A DNA stretch of 64,000 nt, taken from the NCBI GenBank assembly GCA_041483895.1, contig JBGPGO010000001.1, positions 320,001 through 384,000 of the forward strand. The letters are read 5' to 3'. The notes under the pieces were generated by a model. The model worked only from the letters and a program-made list of their open reading frames with translations, was not told the origin of the DNA and searched no databases. This DNA comes from Fimbriimonadia bacterium (GTDB taxonomy: Bacteria; Armatimonadota; Fimbriimonadia; Fimbriimonadales; JABRVX01). Both the position numbers and the translations under genes were made by a program. Positions 9,380-21,013 of the stretch are shown in pieces (the stretch's first letter is position 1; the number at the start of each line of letters is the position of its first letter).

Positions 9380-9978
9380 TGGTCGTCTCCAAATTTGATG
9401 GTCAGGTCGCCGAATTCGGGCGAGCGGAACTTCATCGCCATGTGATTTCCCTCTTCTCCCCAATGCGGGTTGATCGACTTGAGGTGCTCTTGCTGTTCCG
9501 GCGTGAGATCGTTCCAGCCCAGGTAGCCCTGCTGCCTGTGGAGCGCCTTTTGCTGGTCCGTGAAGCTTCCGATGAACTTTTGCATGTCGGCCTTGTTGGC
9601 CTTGAGTCCGCCTGGACCGAGCGGGGTTGGAACGGAAAACTTCTTCGCGCTTGGCTGCAAGATGATGAAATCTCCCTCGCGCTTCCAGACACCGCTGACC
9701 TCTCTTGCGAGGTCAACCAATAGTTTGCGCAGCGTAACATTCGTTAGCTTTAGGTTCGGTTTGGTGCCCAACTGGTCCGGGTGCAGTTGGGCAACGATCT
9801 CCAGACTGAACTTTTCCCCAATGTCGTTGATGACTTCTTGGACTGGCTTATCGGCGGTCGTGTAGTCCACCGCCTTGTCAAATCGTTCCTCCGGGAAGGT
9901 GGCGTCCTTCGCCTTGACTTCCTGTCCCATCGCCGCGACCGATACGGCCAGGACGAAAGCGCTGATGATTGCTTTCAA
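9376..9978 (-). CDS. Hypothetical exported protein, STN-like N-terminal domain
   Basis: TTG start after AGGAGG; signal peptide; PVQEVINDIGEKF...LRKLLVDLARE...WKREGDFIIL; GYLGWNDLTPEQQ. Confidence 0.7.
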   Translation of the reverse strand: MKAIISAFVLAVSVAAMGQEVKAKDATFPEERFDKAVDYTTADKPVQEVINDIGEKFSLEIVAQLHPDQLGTKPNLKLTNVTLRKLLVDLAREVSGVWKREGDFIILQPSAKKFSVPTPLGPGGLKANKADMQKFIGSFTDQQKALHRQQGYLGWNDLTPEQQEHLKSINPHWGEEGNHMAMKFRSPEFGDLTIKFGDDQ

Positions 9979-10131
9979 AACCAACCTCCTGTTTTAGCCC
10001 CTGACGATACGATCTTCAGGGTAAAGGGCTGCCTCGGTGCCATGCACACATTTGGTACGAATGTGCATGAGCGGAAAGTTTCCGGCGACGGGTAAAATCT
10101 CATTCCGGTTCCCGCTTATCGCTGCGGGCAC

Positions 10132-10911
10132 ATGGAGGTGACCTTGGCGACGACTTCTCAAACCGCCGAGCCGCGGGCGATAACCCATCCGCGCCGGAAG
10201 GATGCTTGGTGGGTGATGCCGCTTTTCACCGTTGTGGTTTTGGGCGGTTTCGGAGTGTACGCGACGTTTCGAGCGTTCGAAGGGTTTTGGTCTCCAGAAC
10301 TGGCCGGCTTCGAGAACTACCTTTCCCCGTTCTACTCACCGCCGATTGCCGAATGGCTGGGCATTCAGCATCTCGTGCCGACGGCGATCCTGATCTTGGC
10401 CTTCCCACTCACCTTCCGACTGACCTGCTACTACTATCGCAAGGCCTATTATCGAGCGTTCTTCTGGGACCCGCCCGCCTGCGCCCTGCCTGAGAGACGG
10501 AAAAAATACAAAGGTGAGACGGCATTTCCGTTCGTGCTCGTCAATATCCATCGGATCACCTTCTTCTTCGCGGCGATATTCGTGGCGTTCCTTTGGTACG
10601 ACACCTTTCAGGCCTTCATCTTTGACGGCAGGTTTGGCATCGGGCTCGGCAGCATTCTGTTCCTCGTCAACATCGTCTTGCTCTCGGTCTACACCTTCTC
10701 GTGCCACTCATTCCGGCACCTGATCGGAGGCAAGCTGGACTGCTTCTCCTGCCCAAAGGCACAGATTCGGTACAAGCTTTGGAACCGGGTCTCCATCTGG
10801 AATCGCAACCACATGCTCTGGGCTTGGCTCAGCCTGTTTTCCGTTGCGATTGTCGACATCTATGTTCGGTTTTTGGCGGCAGGCATAATCACCGATGTGA
10901 GGTTTTTCTAA
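10132..10911 (+). CDS. Succinate dehydrogenase membrane anchor, actinobacterial Sdh1 (Rv0249c-like) type
   Basis: YLSPFYSP, FRLTCYYYRKAYYRAF, PPACA and SCHSFRH motifs; TM helices; directly upstream of sdhA. Confidence 0.85.
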   Translation: MEVTLATTSQTAEPRAITHPRRKDAWWVMPLFTVVVLGGFGVYATFRAFEGFWSPELAGFENYLSPFYSPPIAEWLGIQHLVPTAILILAFPLTFRLTCYYYRKAYYRAFFWDPPACALPERRKKYKGETAFPFVLVNIHRITFFFAAIFVAFLWYDTFQAFIFDGRFGIGLGSILFLVNIVLLSVYTFSCHSFRHLIGGKLDCFSCPKAQIRYKLWNRVSIWNRNHMLWAWLSLFSVAIVDIYVRFLAAGIITDVRFF

Positions 10912-12729
10912 ATGACCGAGTCGTTCGACCAATTTGAATACGATGTGCTGATCATCGGCGCCGGGGGAGCGGGGCTTCGCGGCGCGATCGCAGCGCAAGA
11001 GGCCGGCGTAAAGATTGGGCTAGTCTGCAAGTCTCTGTTGGGAAAAGCGCACACGGTGATGGCGGAGGGGGGCGCCGCCGCGGCCCTCGGCAATCTGGAC
11101 GAAAAAGACGATTGGAAGGTCCACTTCGTCGATACAATGAAAGGCGGCAAATTTCTCAACGATCCCAGAACGGTGGAGATTTTCGCGAAGGAGGCGCCGG
11201 AACGGGTTCTGGAATTGGAGAAATACGGCGCGGTGTTCGACCGTACGAACAAGGGTCTGATCTCACAGCGGCCATTCGGTGGGCACCTATATCGGCGATT
11301 GAATCATATCGGCGACCGCACCGGACTCGAGCTGATCCGCACGTTGCAGGACAAGGCCGTGGGCATCGGCGTTCCGGTTCACATGGAGATTACGCTGACC
11401 GCGCTGCTGAAGGATGGCGGCCGGGTAAGCGGGGCCATCGGATACAACCGTGACTCCGGCAAGCTGATCGTTTTCAAGGCAAAGGCGGTCGTTCTGGCAA
11501 CGGGCGGATGGGGAAAGATGTTCAAGATCACATCCAACTCCTGGGAAAGCACGGGAGATGGCGGGGCGATGGCTTACGATGCCGGAGCGGAGCTGAAGGA
11601 TATGGAGTTCGTGCAGTTCCATCCGACCGGCATGGTGTGGCCGCCGGGAGTTCGGGGTTTGCTCGTGACCGAGGCCGTGCGGGGCGACGGCGGCATCCTG
11701 ACAAACTCGAAGGGCGACCGGTTCATGTTCAAGCCGGAATACATGCCCGCGCAATACGTGGGCCAATACGCCGAATCGCCGGAGGAAGCGAACCGATGGC
11801 TGACGGATAAAACCAACTACCGCCGGCCTCCAGAGTTGCTGCCGCGCGACGTCGTTGCGAGGTCCATCTACAAGGAGGTACAGGCAGGTCTTGGAAGCGA
11901 ACACGGGGGCGCTTACTTGGACATTCGGCATCGAGGCGCGAAGTTCATCAAAGAGAAGCTGCCGAGCATGTACGACCAGTTCCACACGTTGGGCGACATC
12001 GATATCACGACTCAGCGCATGGAGGTCGCGCCGACCATCCACTACACGATGGGTGGGATTCGGAGCGAGGCGGACAGCTGCGCGACGACGCTTGCCGGTC
12101 TGTACGCGGCGGGCGAATGCGCCTGCGGTTTGCATGGGGCGAATCGGTTAGGTGGCAACTCGCTCAGCGACCTGCTTGTCTTTGGTAAACGCGCCGGGGA
12201 ATATGCGGCCGAATTCGCATCGAAGAGTGGTGAAGTATCGTTGGATGAGGGCCAGATTGAGGCGGAAACCTCCCTGCTGCTGGCCCCCTTTGCCGGCAGC
12301 GGCAACGAAAACCCATTCCAAATGCACAAGGAGCTGCAGGCGATTATGGGGGAACATGCCGGTATCGCGCGCACCACTCAGGGACTCGCGGATGGTCTCG
12401 CGCAGCTGCTGAAAGTGAAGCAGCGGCTTTCCGATCTCAAGGCACAGGGCGGACGGGAATACAACCCGAGCTGGCACACATGCCGCGACGTTCGAAGCAT
12501 GGTCACTCTGGCGGAAGCCATCTTGCGGTGCGCCGCGGAGCGCAAGGAGAGCCGAGGCGGGCATTGGTACCTGGACTATCCCGACGAGTCGGAAGTCTGG
12601 GCGAAGCAGAACACAATCGCCGTCCAGGAAAACGGGGAGATGAGCGTACGGACGGTCCCGCTGGCGGAGATGCCGGCGGCGTTACAGGCGCTTTTTGAGG
12701 ACCCTGCAAAGGTGGCGGTGAAGGCATGA
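10912..12729 (+). CDS. sdhA: Succinate dehydrogenase/fumarate reductase flavoprotein subunit
   Basis: GAGGAG, KAHTVMAEGG (FAD-binding His), QFHPTG, HYTMGG and HGANRLGGNSL. Confidence 0.95.
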   Translation: MTESFDQFEYDVLIIGAGGAGLRGAIAAQEAGVKIGLVCKSLLGKAHTVMAEGGAAAALGNLDEKDDWKVHFVDTMKGGKFLNDPRTVEIFAKEAPERVLELEKYGAVFDRTNKGLISQRPFGGHLYRRLNHIGDRTGLELIRTLQDKAVGIGVPVHMEITLTALLKDGGRVSGAIGYNRDSGKLIVFKAKAVVLATGGWGKMFKITSNSWESTGDGGAMAYDAGAELKDMEFVQFHPTGMVWPPGVRGLLVTEAVRGDGGILTNSKGDRFMFKPEYMPAQYVGQYAESPEEANRWLTDKTNYRRPPELLPRDVVARSIYKEVQAGLGSEHGGAYLDIRHRGAKFIKEKLPSMYDQFHTLGDIDITTQRMEVAPTIHYTMGGIRSEADSCATTLAGLYAAGECACGLHGANRLGGNSLSDLLVFGKRAGEYAAEFASKSGEVSLDEGQIEAETSLLLAPFAGSGNENPFQMHKELQAIMGEHAGIARTTQGLADGLAQLLKVKQRLSDLKAQGGREYNPSWHTCRDVRSMVTLAEAILRCAAERKESRGGHWYLDYPDESEVWAKQNTIAVQENGEMSVRTVPLAEMPAALQALFEDPAKVAVKA

Positions 12730-13475
12730 GGGAAGCGACGTTACGGGTGTTTCGTGGCGATAAAGGCGGCGGCAGTGAGGTCGAATACCACGTGCCGATT
12801 GAAGAGGGCTGGGTTGTGCTCGACGCCATCCATCATATCCAGGCCGAAATGGACGGGACGCTTGCCTGCCGGTGGAATTGCAAGGCGGCGAAGTGCGGTT
12901 CTTGCAGCGCGGAAATCAACGGGAAGCCGGCACTGTTGTGCAAAACCCGCATTGACGCTCTGCCGCAGGGCAGGCCGATTGTGGTCTATCCGATCCGAAC
13001 TTTCCCACTGATCCGCGACCTGGTAACGGACGTTTCCTGGAATTATGAGGTCGCCAAGAGAATCAAGCCGTTCCAATACGACCCGGCAATCGGCGACAAG
13101 CCGTTTGTCATGTATCAGAACGATTTGGGCCGGCCGCGCGAATTCCGCAAGTGCATCGAGTGCTTCCTATGTCAAAACGTGTGCCACGTGCTGCGGGACC
13201 ATGGCGCCAAATCCCAATATTTTGGCCCGCGCCACATGATCCGTCTTGCCGGGTTGGAAATGCACCCCATGGACGTCGAGGATCGCACGGAGATGATCTG
13301 GAAAGAGGGCGGCGTCGGGTTCTGCAACATCACGAAATGTTGCGAGGAGGTCTGCCCGGAGCATATCCATCTCACCGACAACGCGATCATCCCTCTCAAG
13401 GAGCGCGTGATTGATTCGGTGGGCATGCTGAGAGTCATCAAAGGGTGGGTTAGAGGCAAGACCGACAGCGAATAG
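12726..13475 (+). CDS. sdhB: Succinate dehydrogenase/fumarate reductase iron-sulfur subunit
   Basis: CKAAKCGSC, CIECFLCQNVC and CNITKCCEEVCP cluster motifs. Confidence 0.95.
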   Translation: MREATLRVFRGDKGGGSEVEYHVPIEEGWVVLDAIHHIQAEMDGTLACRWNCKAAKCGSCSAEINGKPALLCKTRIDALPQGRPIVVYPIRTFPLIRDLVTDVSWNYEVAKRIKPFQYDPAIGDKPFVMYQNDLGRPREFRKCIECFLCQNVCHVLRDHGAKSQYFGPRHMIRLAGLEMHPMDVEDRTEMIWKEGGVGFCNITKCCEEVCPEHIHLTDNAIIPLKERVIDSVGMLRVIKGWVRGKTDSE

Positions 13476-13626
13476 TTCGCTTCGTACTGCGGTAAATACT
13501 GGGGCTACCCAGCGCAATTAGCGATACTTTTCAGTTAATTGTGAGTTTTTTCGCCGATTATTCATCCGAACTGTTGCCGATTTCCAATATCTTTGCTAAA
13601 ATGCGAGTTGAGAAAACCATCGGATC

Positions 13627-13674
13627 GGGGAGCGTCAGAAGGCCACGGCTGTTCTGCAGCCGTGACGTTCTCCC
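13627..13674. terminator. Stem-loop between convergent sdhB and ogg
   Basis: cacggctg-ttctg-cagccgtg core, extended by gggagcgtc/gacgttctccc. No clear U-tract. Confidence 0.4.
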
Positions 13675-13693
13675 AACCGAATGCCGTAGCCGG

Positions 13694-14608
13694 TCACGGT
13701 GTAGGCAAGACTCGTCTCCCAAAATCATTCGAACGGGAGGCCGAGCCTTGCCTGAGCAAGCGGTCATAAAACAGATACTGGTGCGCCCAGCCGGCCAAGT
13801 TGCCGAACCGATCCCGAAAGAACCGCCCTAGCTCCGCATAGCGCTTGTCCGTGAGCGACTTTCCTTGCCAGTCCGGGAAGTAGCGCTGGCAGCAGGCCTG
13901 CCAAAGATGCGTGTCTATCGGAACGGCTTCGTCGTGCCATAGGCCGAAGAGGCAGACGCAATCCGCCACTTTGCGGCCAACGGAAGGGAGTTCGATCAGA
14001 GCCGCATGGGCTTGCGCGTAGGGGACTTCCCTCTGAGATTCGAGCCACCCTGGCGACCTTTGCAAGAGGGCTTTCGCGGCGGCGATGAGGGTTCGGGAGC
14101 GGTATCCGAATCCGATTCCTGCGAGGTCTTCTTCCCGCAAAGACGCGATGCGTTCCGTGGTCGGAAAAGTGTTGATGCCTTCGGCAAGCGGCTGCCCGTA
14201 TAGTTGGCAGAGCCTTTCGATCATGCCTTTGATGCGAGGGATGTGGTTGTTGACGGTGCAGAGGAAGCTGAACAGGCACTCCTCGGCGCTGTGCCATCGG
14301 AGCAGGCGGAGACCGGCGTACTGCTCGATGATGGGACCAAGCTCTGGCTCGACATCCAGCACGCGGCGTTTTATTTCGTCAAGGGAGGCATCTAGCCGGA
14401 ACATCTCCCGGAGCCAATCCTCCCTGCCTTGCACTGGAAAGGTCTCATACTCGAAACCGTCAGTCGCCTTCCGCATCCGCAACACGCGCGGCCCATCAAC
14501 GCCAGTCCACCACCCGTCCCGCTCTTTCCACCGAAACACCTGCCCGCTGGAGACACAGAGAGGGAGGTCAAAATCTGAGGGTCGGCAAGGTAGCAACCGA
14601 AGAGTCAA
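13694..14608 (-). CDS. 8-oxoguanine DNA glycosylase (OGG1-like, HhH-GPD)
   Basis: SGQVFRW, ECLFSFLCTVNNHIPRI, GFGYR, LPSVGRKVADCVCLF, PIDTH and AGWAHQYLF. TTG start overlaps the upstream stop (TTGA). Confidence 0.9.
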   Translation of the reverse strand: MTLRLLPCRPSDFDLPLCVSSGQVFRWKERDGWWTGVDGPRVLRMRKATDGFEYETFPVQGREDWLREMFRLDASLDEIKRRVLDVEPELGPIIEQYAGLRLLRWHSAEECLFSFLCTVNNHIPRIKGMIERLCQLYGQPLAEGINTFPTTERIASLREEDLAGIGFGYRSRTLIAAAKALLQRSPGWLESQREVPYAQAHAALIELPSVGRKVADCVCLFGLWHDEAVPIDTHLWQACCQRYFPDWQGKSLTDKRYAELGRFFRDRFGNLAGWAHQYLFYDRLLRQGSASRSNDFGRRVLPTP

Positions 14609-15084
14609 AAGAATTGGCCAATGTACCGCTGTCGAAAGCCACTTGCAGAAGGTTGATTGTGGGCCAACTGTGTACAATTCCACGACTCCCAAGCATCCTC
14701 TTGGCACTCTCGCGCTAACTTTCGGCCAATCGATTCTCGGTCTATTGCTAGTTCACTAGTTAGTTGTTCGCACTTGCCGACAGGACCAAGCACGATGACC
14801 CGCTCGCGTAAATGTTCCGGAACAACTTCCAAAAATCGCTCTCTCCTCTGTTCGCCCTCATTATCGAAGTCGATAACGACAATGACGATTCTTTGCGAAT
14901 AGTTATCCAATTCATTGATCTGTCGCTCCAGTTGAACTTCTGCCCTGGGCCATCCACCGGCCGGCTGCCTGATATCAAATTGATTCCTATGTGCATTTTC
15001 GATGGCGAAACCCCTAGCTATGTCTGCCAACTTGCTGTCCTCCACAATAACATGCAAATGAGGCCGAAACTTATTGATTGACAA
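14605..15084 (-). CDS. Small TOPRIM-like protein (RloB/DUF4276-like), ATPase partner
   Basis: HVIVED, GGW and IVVIDFD acidic motifs; overlaps the ATPase 3' end; AT-richer sequence. Confidence 0.65.
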   Translation of the reverse strand: MSINKFRPHLHVIVEDSKLADIARGFAIENAHRNQFDIRQPAGGWPRAEVQLERQINELDNYSQRIVIVVIDFDNEGEQRRERFLEVVPEHLRERVIVLGPVGKCEQLTSELAIDRESIGRKLARECQEDAWESWNCTQLAHNQPSASGFRQRYIGQFF

Positions 15085-16165
15085 TTGATTCCTCGCCCGA
15101 TGCCAAAATGTCCACTAAGTCTTCGTGCTCTGGAAGTTCAGTGGCCAACTTCGGCGGTTGGGTCGGTTCAGAATGACTATCCCTGTGAATGACAATCGTG
15201 TTTTCGCGCGAAAACATATGTATGGCTTCTGGATTATGGGAGGTAGCAATAAACTGCCGATTCTTGAAGGTGCGGCGGAGGCTAAGGATCAACTGGCCTA
15301 CTTCGGACAGTGACAGGTAGTTATCGGGCTCATCCCAAAAACATACTGCTCCCGGCGTATTTTCCGCCCAAGCCTGGACCGTTGAAGCGATGACGAAACA
15401 CTTTTCTCCGTCGGATAACTGATCAAACGGAATGGTCAGACCTATTTCTCCATTTTCAAATAGGAATTCAAGATTTCGACTAACTTTTCCCGACTTAACA
15501 TTCTTCATTGATCGAATATCCGGCCAGATTTCGGACAGAAATTCCAGGATCCTAGCGCTGGAGGTTGCATTTAGTTGAGAAACGACCCGATACCACTCCG
15601 CGAAGTCCTCAAGGGATCGCTTTGGTACCAGCGTTTCGTGAATCGATTCTCCGTCTATCAGCGGCGGAATTGGTGCCATAATTAAGATGTCTGAAAGCCA
15701 ATTCTTGAAAGCCGCTGCGTCGGAGCCGAGTTCAAGAATCGGTAGCGCTAACTGATTGGTTTCCATTGGCAATGCGATGGTCCCAACATGAATCATATTG
15801 CCAGTTCGCTCGAAGAGACTCCAATCGCCTTTCCATGAAAGAGATTCGGCAGTTACCCTAAATTGGCGATTCCCCTCTTGCAGTTCAAAACTGGCCCGGT
15901 AACAGATGGGCTTCGATTCGATTTCAGTTTCAATTTCCAGAGTCAAAACCCGATCATCGCCAATTCGATTGAGATCTGATTCAGGCAAAGCATCTTCCAA
16001 GCGATGTCGTCCACTTGCCAGTGAGCGCAGTGCCAGTAATGCATCACGGACCGCCGATTTGCCGGATCCGTTGCGCCCAACAAGGAGTACCGAGTTGAAG
16101 TCCGCCAGGTTCAATTCGAAGTTGACCAGGCACCGGAAGTTGTGGACGTAGAATCGGCGAATCAT
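15071..16165 (-). CDS. ABC/AAA_21-type ATPase
   Basis: NFRCL, Walker A GRNGSGKS, signature LSDGEK, Walker B CFWDEPDNYL, H-loop ATSHNP; no TM segments. Confidence 0.9.
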   Translation of the reverse strand: MIRRFYVHNFRCLVNFELNLADFNSVLLVGRNGSGKSAVRDALLALRSLASGRHRLEDALPESDLNRIGDDRVLTLEIETEIESKPICYRASFELQEGNRQFRVTAESLSWKGDWSLFERTGNMIHVGTIALPMETNQLALPILELGSDAAAFKNWLSDILIMAPIPPLIDGESIHETLVPKRSLEDFAEWYRVVSQLNATSSARILEFLSEIWPDIRSMKNVKSGKVSRNLEFLFENGEIGLTIPFDQLSDGEKCFVIASTVQAWAENTPGAVCFWDEPDNYLSLSEVGQLILSLRRTFKNRQFIATSHNPEAIHMFSRENTIVIHRDSHSEPTQPPKLATELPEHEDLVDILASGEESIVNQ

Positions 16166-16190
16166 GATGTGATCATACCGCCTATCGAAC

Positions 16191-18984
<2,794 letters not shown>

Positions 18985-18985
18985 C

Positions 18986-19957
18986 TTACTTCACTCGCTT
19001 CGTATGATTCTTGATCACCATATGAATGGTGGAAGCCGTGCCTTCATTTCCCGCTTTTGCCGCTCCGGGCAGAACCGTGTCGCTCTTCATTGTCGTCTGC
19101 GAATCGAGCACCTGCCCGGTCGCGGGATCGATCCAAAAAACCGTGCTTGAGTCCATTTTCGATTTTGCGCCGGCAAGAGGCGAACTCGATTCCCCGGCGG
19201 CTTCTTTACCGGAGATGTCCATAGTCATCGTACTTTGCACTTTCAGGGAATCTTTGCCTCCAAATTTTCCGGCGCTGATCAGCTTATATCGAACAACTAT
19301 CTCCGTGGGTACGTTGGCGCCCGCCGACTTTGCCCGATTGCCGAACAGAGTTGCGCTCGGTATCTTGGCTTCCCACGGGTCGCCGACGGCAACAGGTTTG
19401 GCAGGAAGTTGGATCGTCGCGAGCGGCGCCATAGTCATCTGCGCCCATGCGGCTTGGGACTCGGGTCCTCCTCTGGCTAGACCATGAGCATCCAACGAAA
19501 TCGTTTTGACAATCGGTTCGGTTGGGCCCTTCGGCATCCCAGGCATCATCGGGCCGGAAGGCGGCTTGATCGTATACTCCAGCGTTACGCCGTCACGCCT
19601 GGCATCCTTAACAAGCACAGAAAACTCCGAGTTGCTGGTATTCGTGTTGCCCATTCCCGACATTGCCATTTCCGTTGACACGGTGGTGGTGTATCGGCTC
19701 TTTGCGCCCTTTTTGAGGTTCAGCCGCAGGTCCCATCTGGCCGCATTTGCGCCGGTATCTTCAGGAGCCGCCTTTGACGCGGTATCAGTTGGATTGGCTT
19801 TGGAAACAGCCGTCTCGGGGCCGGAAGATTCCGGCCCCTTCGAAACAACTGAGTCCTTGCTGCCTGTGCCCGAAGGTTTGCCCTTCCCGGCCGTCGGCCC
19901 TTGAGAACAGCCAACGATCGAGATGAGGACACAGACGAGCCAGAATGCTCGAGTCAT
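18986..19957 (-). CDS. Lipoprotein, DUF6263-like
   Basis: Lipobox IVGC; LRLNLKKG, LPAKPVAVGDPW and FWIDPATG. Confidence 0.75.
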   Translation of the reverse strand: MTRAFWLVCVLISIVGCSQGPTAGKGKPSGTGSKDSVVSKGPESSGPETAVSKANPTDTASKAAPEDTGANAARWDLRLNLKKGAKSRYTTTVSTEMAMSGMGNTNTSNSEFSVLVKDARRDGVTLEYTIKPPSGPMMPGMPKGPTEPIVKTISLDAHGLARGGPESQAAWAQMTMAPLATIQLPAKPVAVGDPWEAKIPSATLFGNRAKSAGANVPTEIVVRYKLISAGKFGGKDSLKVQSTMTMDISGKEAAGESSSPLAGAKSKMDSSTVFWIDPATGQVLDSQTTMKSDTVLPGAAKAGNEGTASTIHMVIKNHTKRVK

Positions 19958-19963
19958 ACGTGT

Positions 19964-20920
19964 CTAACCGCCCGTTTTGGCAGGCTCTGCCGTCGCCTTT
20001 TCGTCCGTAACCTGCTCGAGCAAAATCTTGCTCTTCGACGCCATCTTCATTTCCATGTCACCGGCGGGAGTGCCGCCGATGCTCATGTTCGTCATCGAAT
20101 CCAGGTCCTGTTTCATGTTGAGGACAAAACAGGTTCCGCGATCGAGATAGGCGGTCGCCTTGATCGTGGTCTTGCCCTTCATCTTCATGGTCATGCCTTC
20201 TGCCCCAGGCTGTTCCGCAAACATCTGGCCCATATCCATATCCATCGGAACGTCGTAGGTGAGCTCCAGTTTGTAGGCCGGAATGCCCTTGTAGGTCTCG
20301 AGTCCAACAAGGGTAGCCTTCACCTTCGCCTTTGGCATCTTGAGTTTCGCCTTCGCGCTCGCAATCATTGCGGATCCGGGATAATCGACCGTCGAATCCC
20401 ACGTTCCGCCCACAGCGATGGGATCCGTGGGAAAGGCCGGCATCATCGAGAGCAGGCTAAAGGCGGTACCACCGCCTCCCATGCTCATCTGGCGCATTCC
20501 TTCCGGTATCCCTTCGACACTTGTGTCCAGTGTCTCGCCACGGCTATTGACGTGACTGGTGAGCGTCATTTTCTCAATACCATCCGCCATAGCCTCCGCC
20601 TGCGAGCCTACGTCCATTCCGTTGACGTCCATGGAGAACTTCATATCTTTGAAACTGGATATGATGGTCGCAACGCCGTCTTTGACGCCGGTGACCTTGT
20701 GCTTCATAAGCATGTTCTGGGTCATCTTCATGGGCTGCTCTTCCTCGCTGCCCATCATGCCGGTCATCGTGCCGTTCAAGTCCATATTGATCTTGTACGT
20801 AAGGATTCTCGGCAGCGGAGTTTTGTCGAATTTGTATCGCAGCGTGTAGGTATCTTGGGCGGTCGCCGCTACCGCCAGCGCAATGCTCCATAGCAGCGCG
20901 GTGCTCGTAACTAATTTCAC
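19964..20920 (-). CDS. Exported Met-rich DUF6263-like protein
   Basis: GTG start after GGAGG; signal peptide ending ATA; TLRYKF and FPTDPIAVGGTW. Confidence 0.75.
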   Translation of the reverse strand: MKLVTSTALLWSIALAVAATAQDTYTLRYKFDKTPLPRILTYKINMDLNGTMTGMMGSEEEQPMKMTQNMLMKHKVTGVKDGVATIISSFKDMKFSMDVNGMDVGSQAEAMADGIEKMTLTSHVNSRGETLDTSVEGIPEGMRQMSMGGGGTAFSLLSMMPAFPTDPIAVGGTWDSTVDYPGSAMIASAKAKLKMPKAKVKATLVGLETYKGIPAYKLELTYDVPMDMDMGQMFAEQPGAEGMTMKMKGKTTIKATAYLDRGTCFVLNMKQDLDSMTNMSIGGTPAGDMEMKMASKSKILLEQVTDEKATAEPAKTGG

Positions 20921-21013
20921 AATATCCTCCCGACGAAGTGCCCCTTCATGAGATTCCCGGAGCCTCGCCATTGGTTACTGCAGTTTGTACCACATCGTTG
21001 CGGTCGTGAGCGC

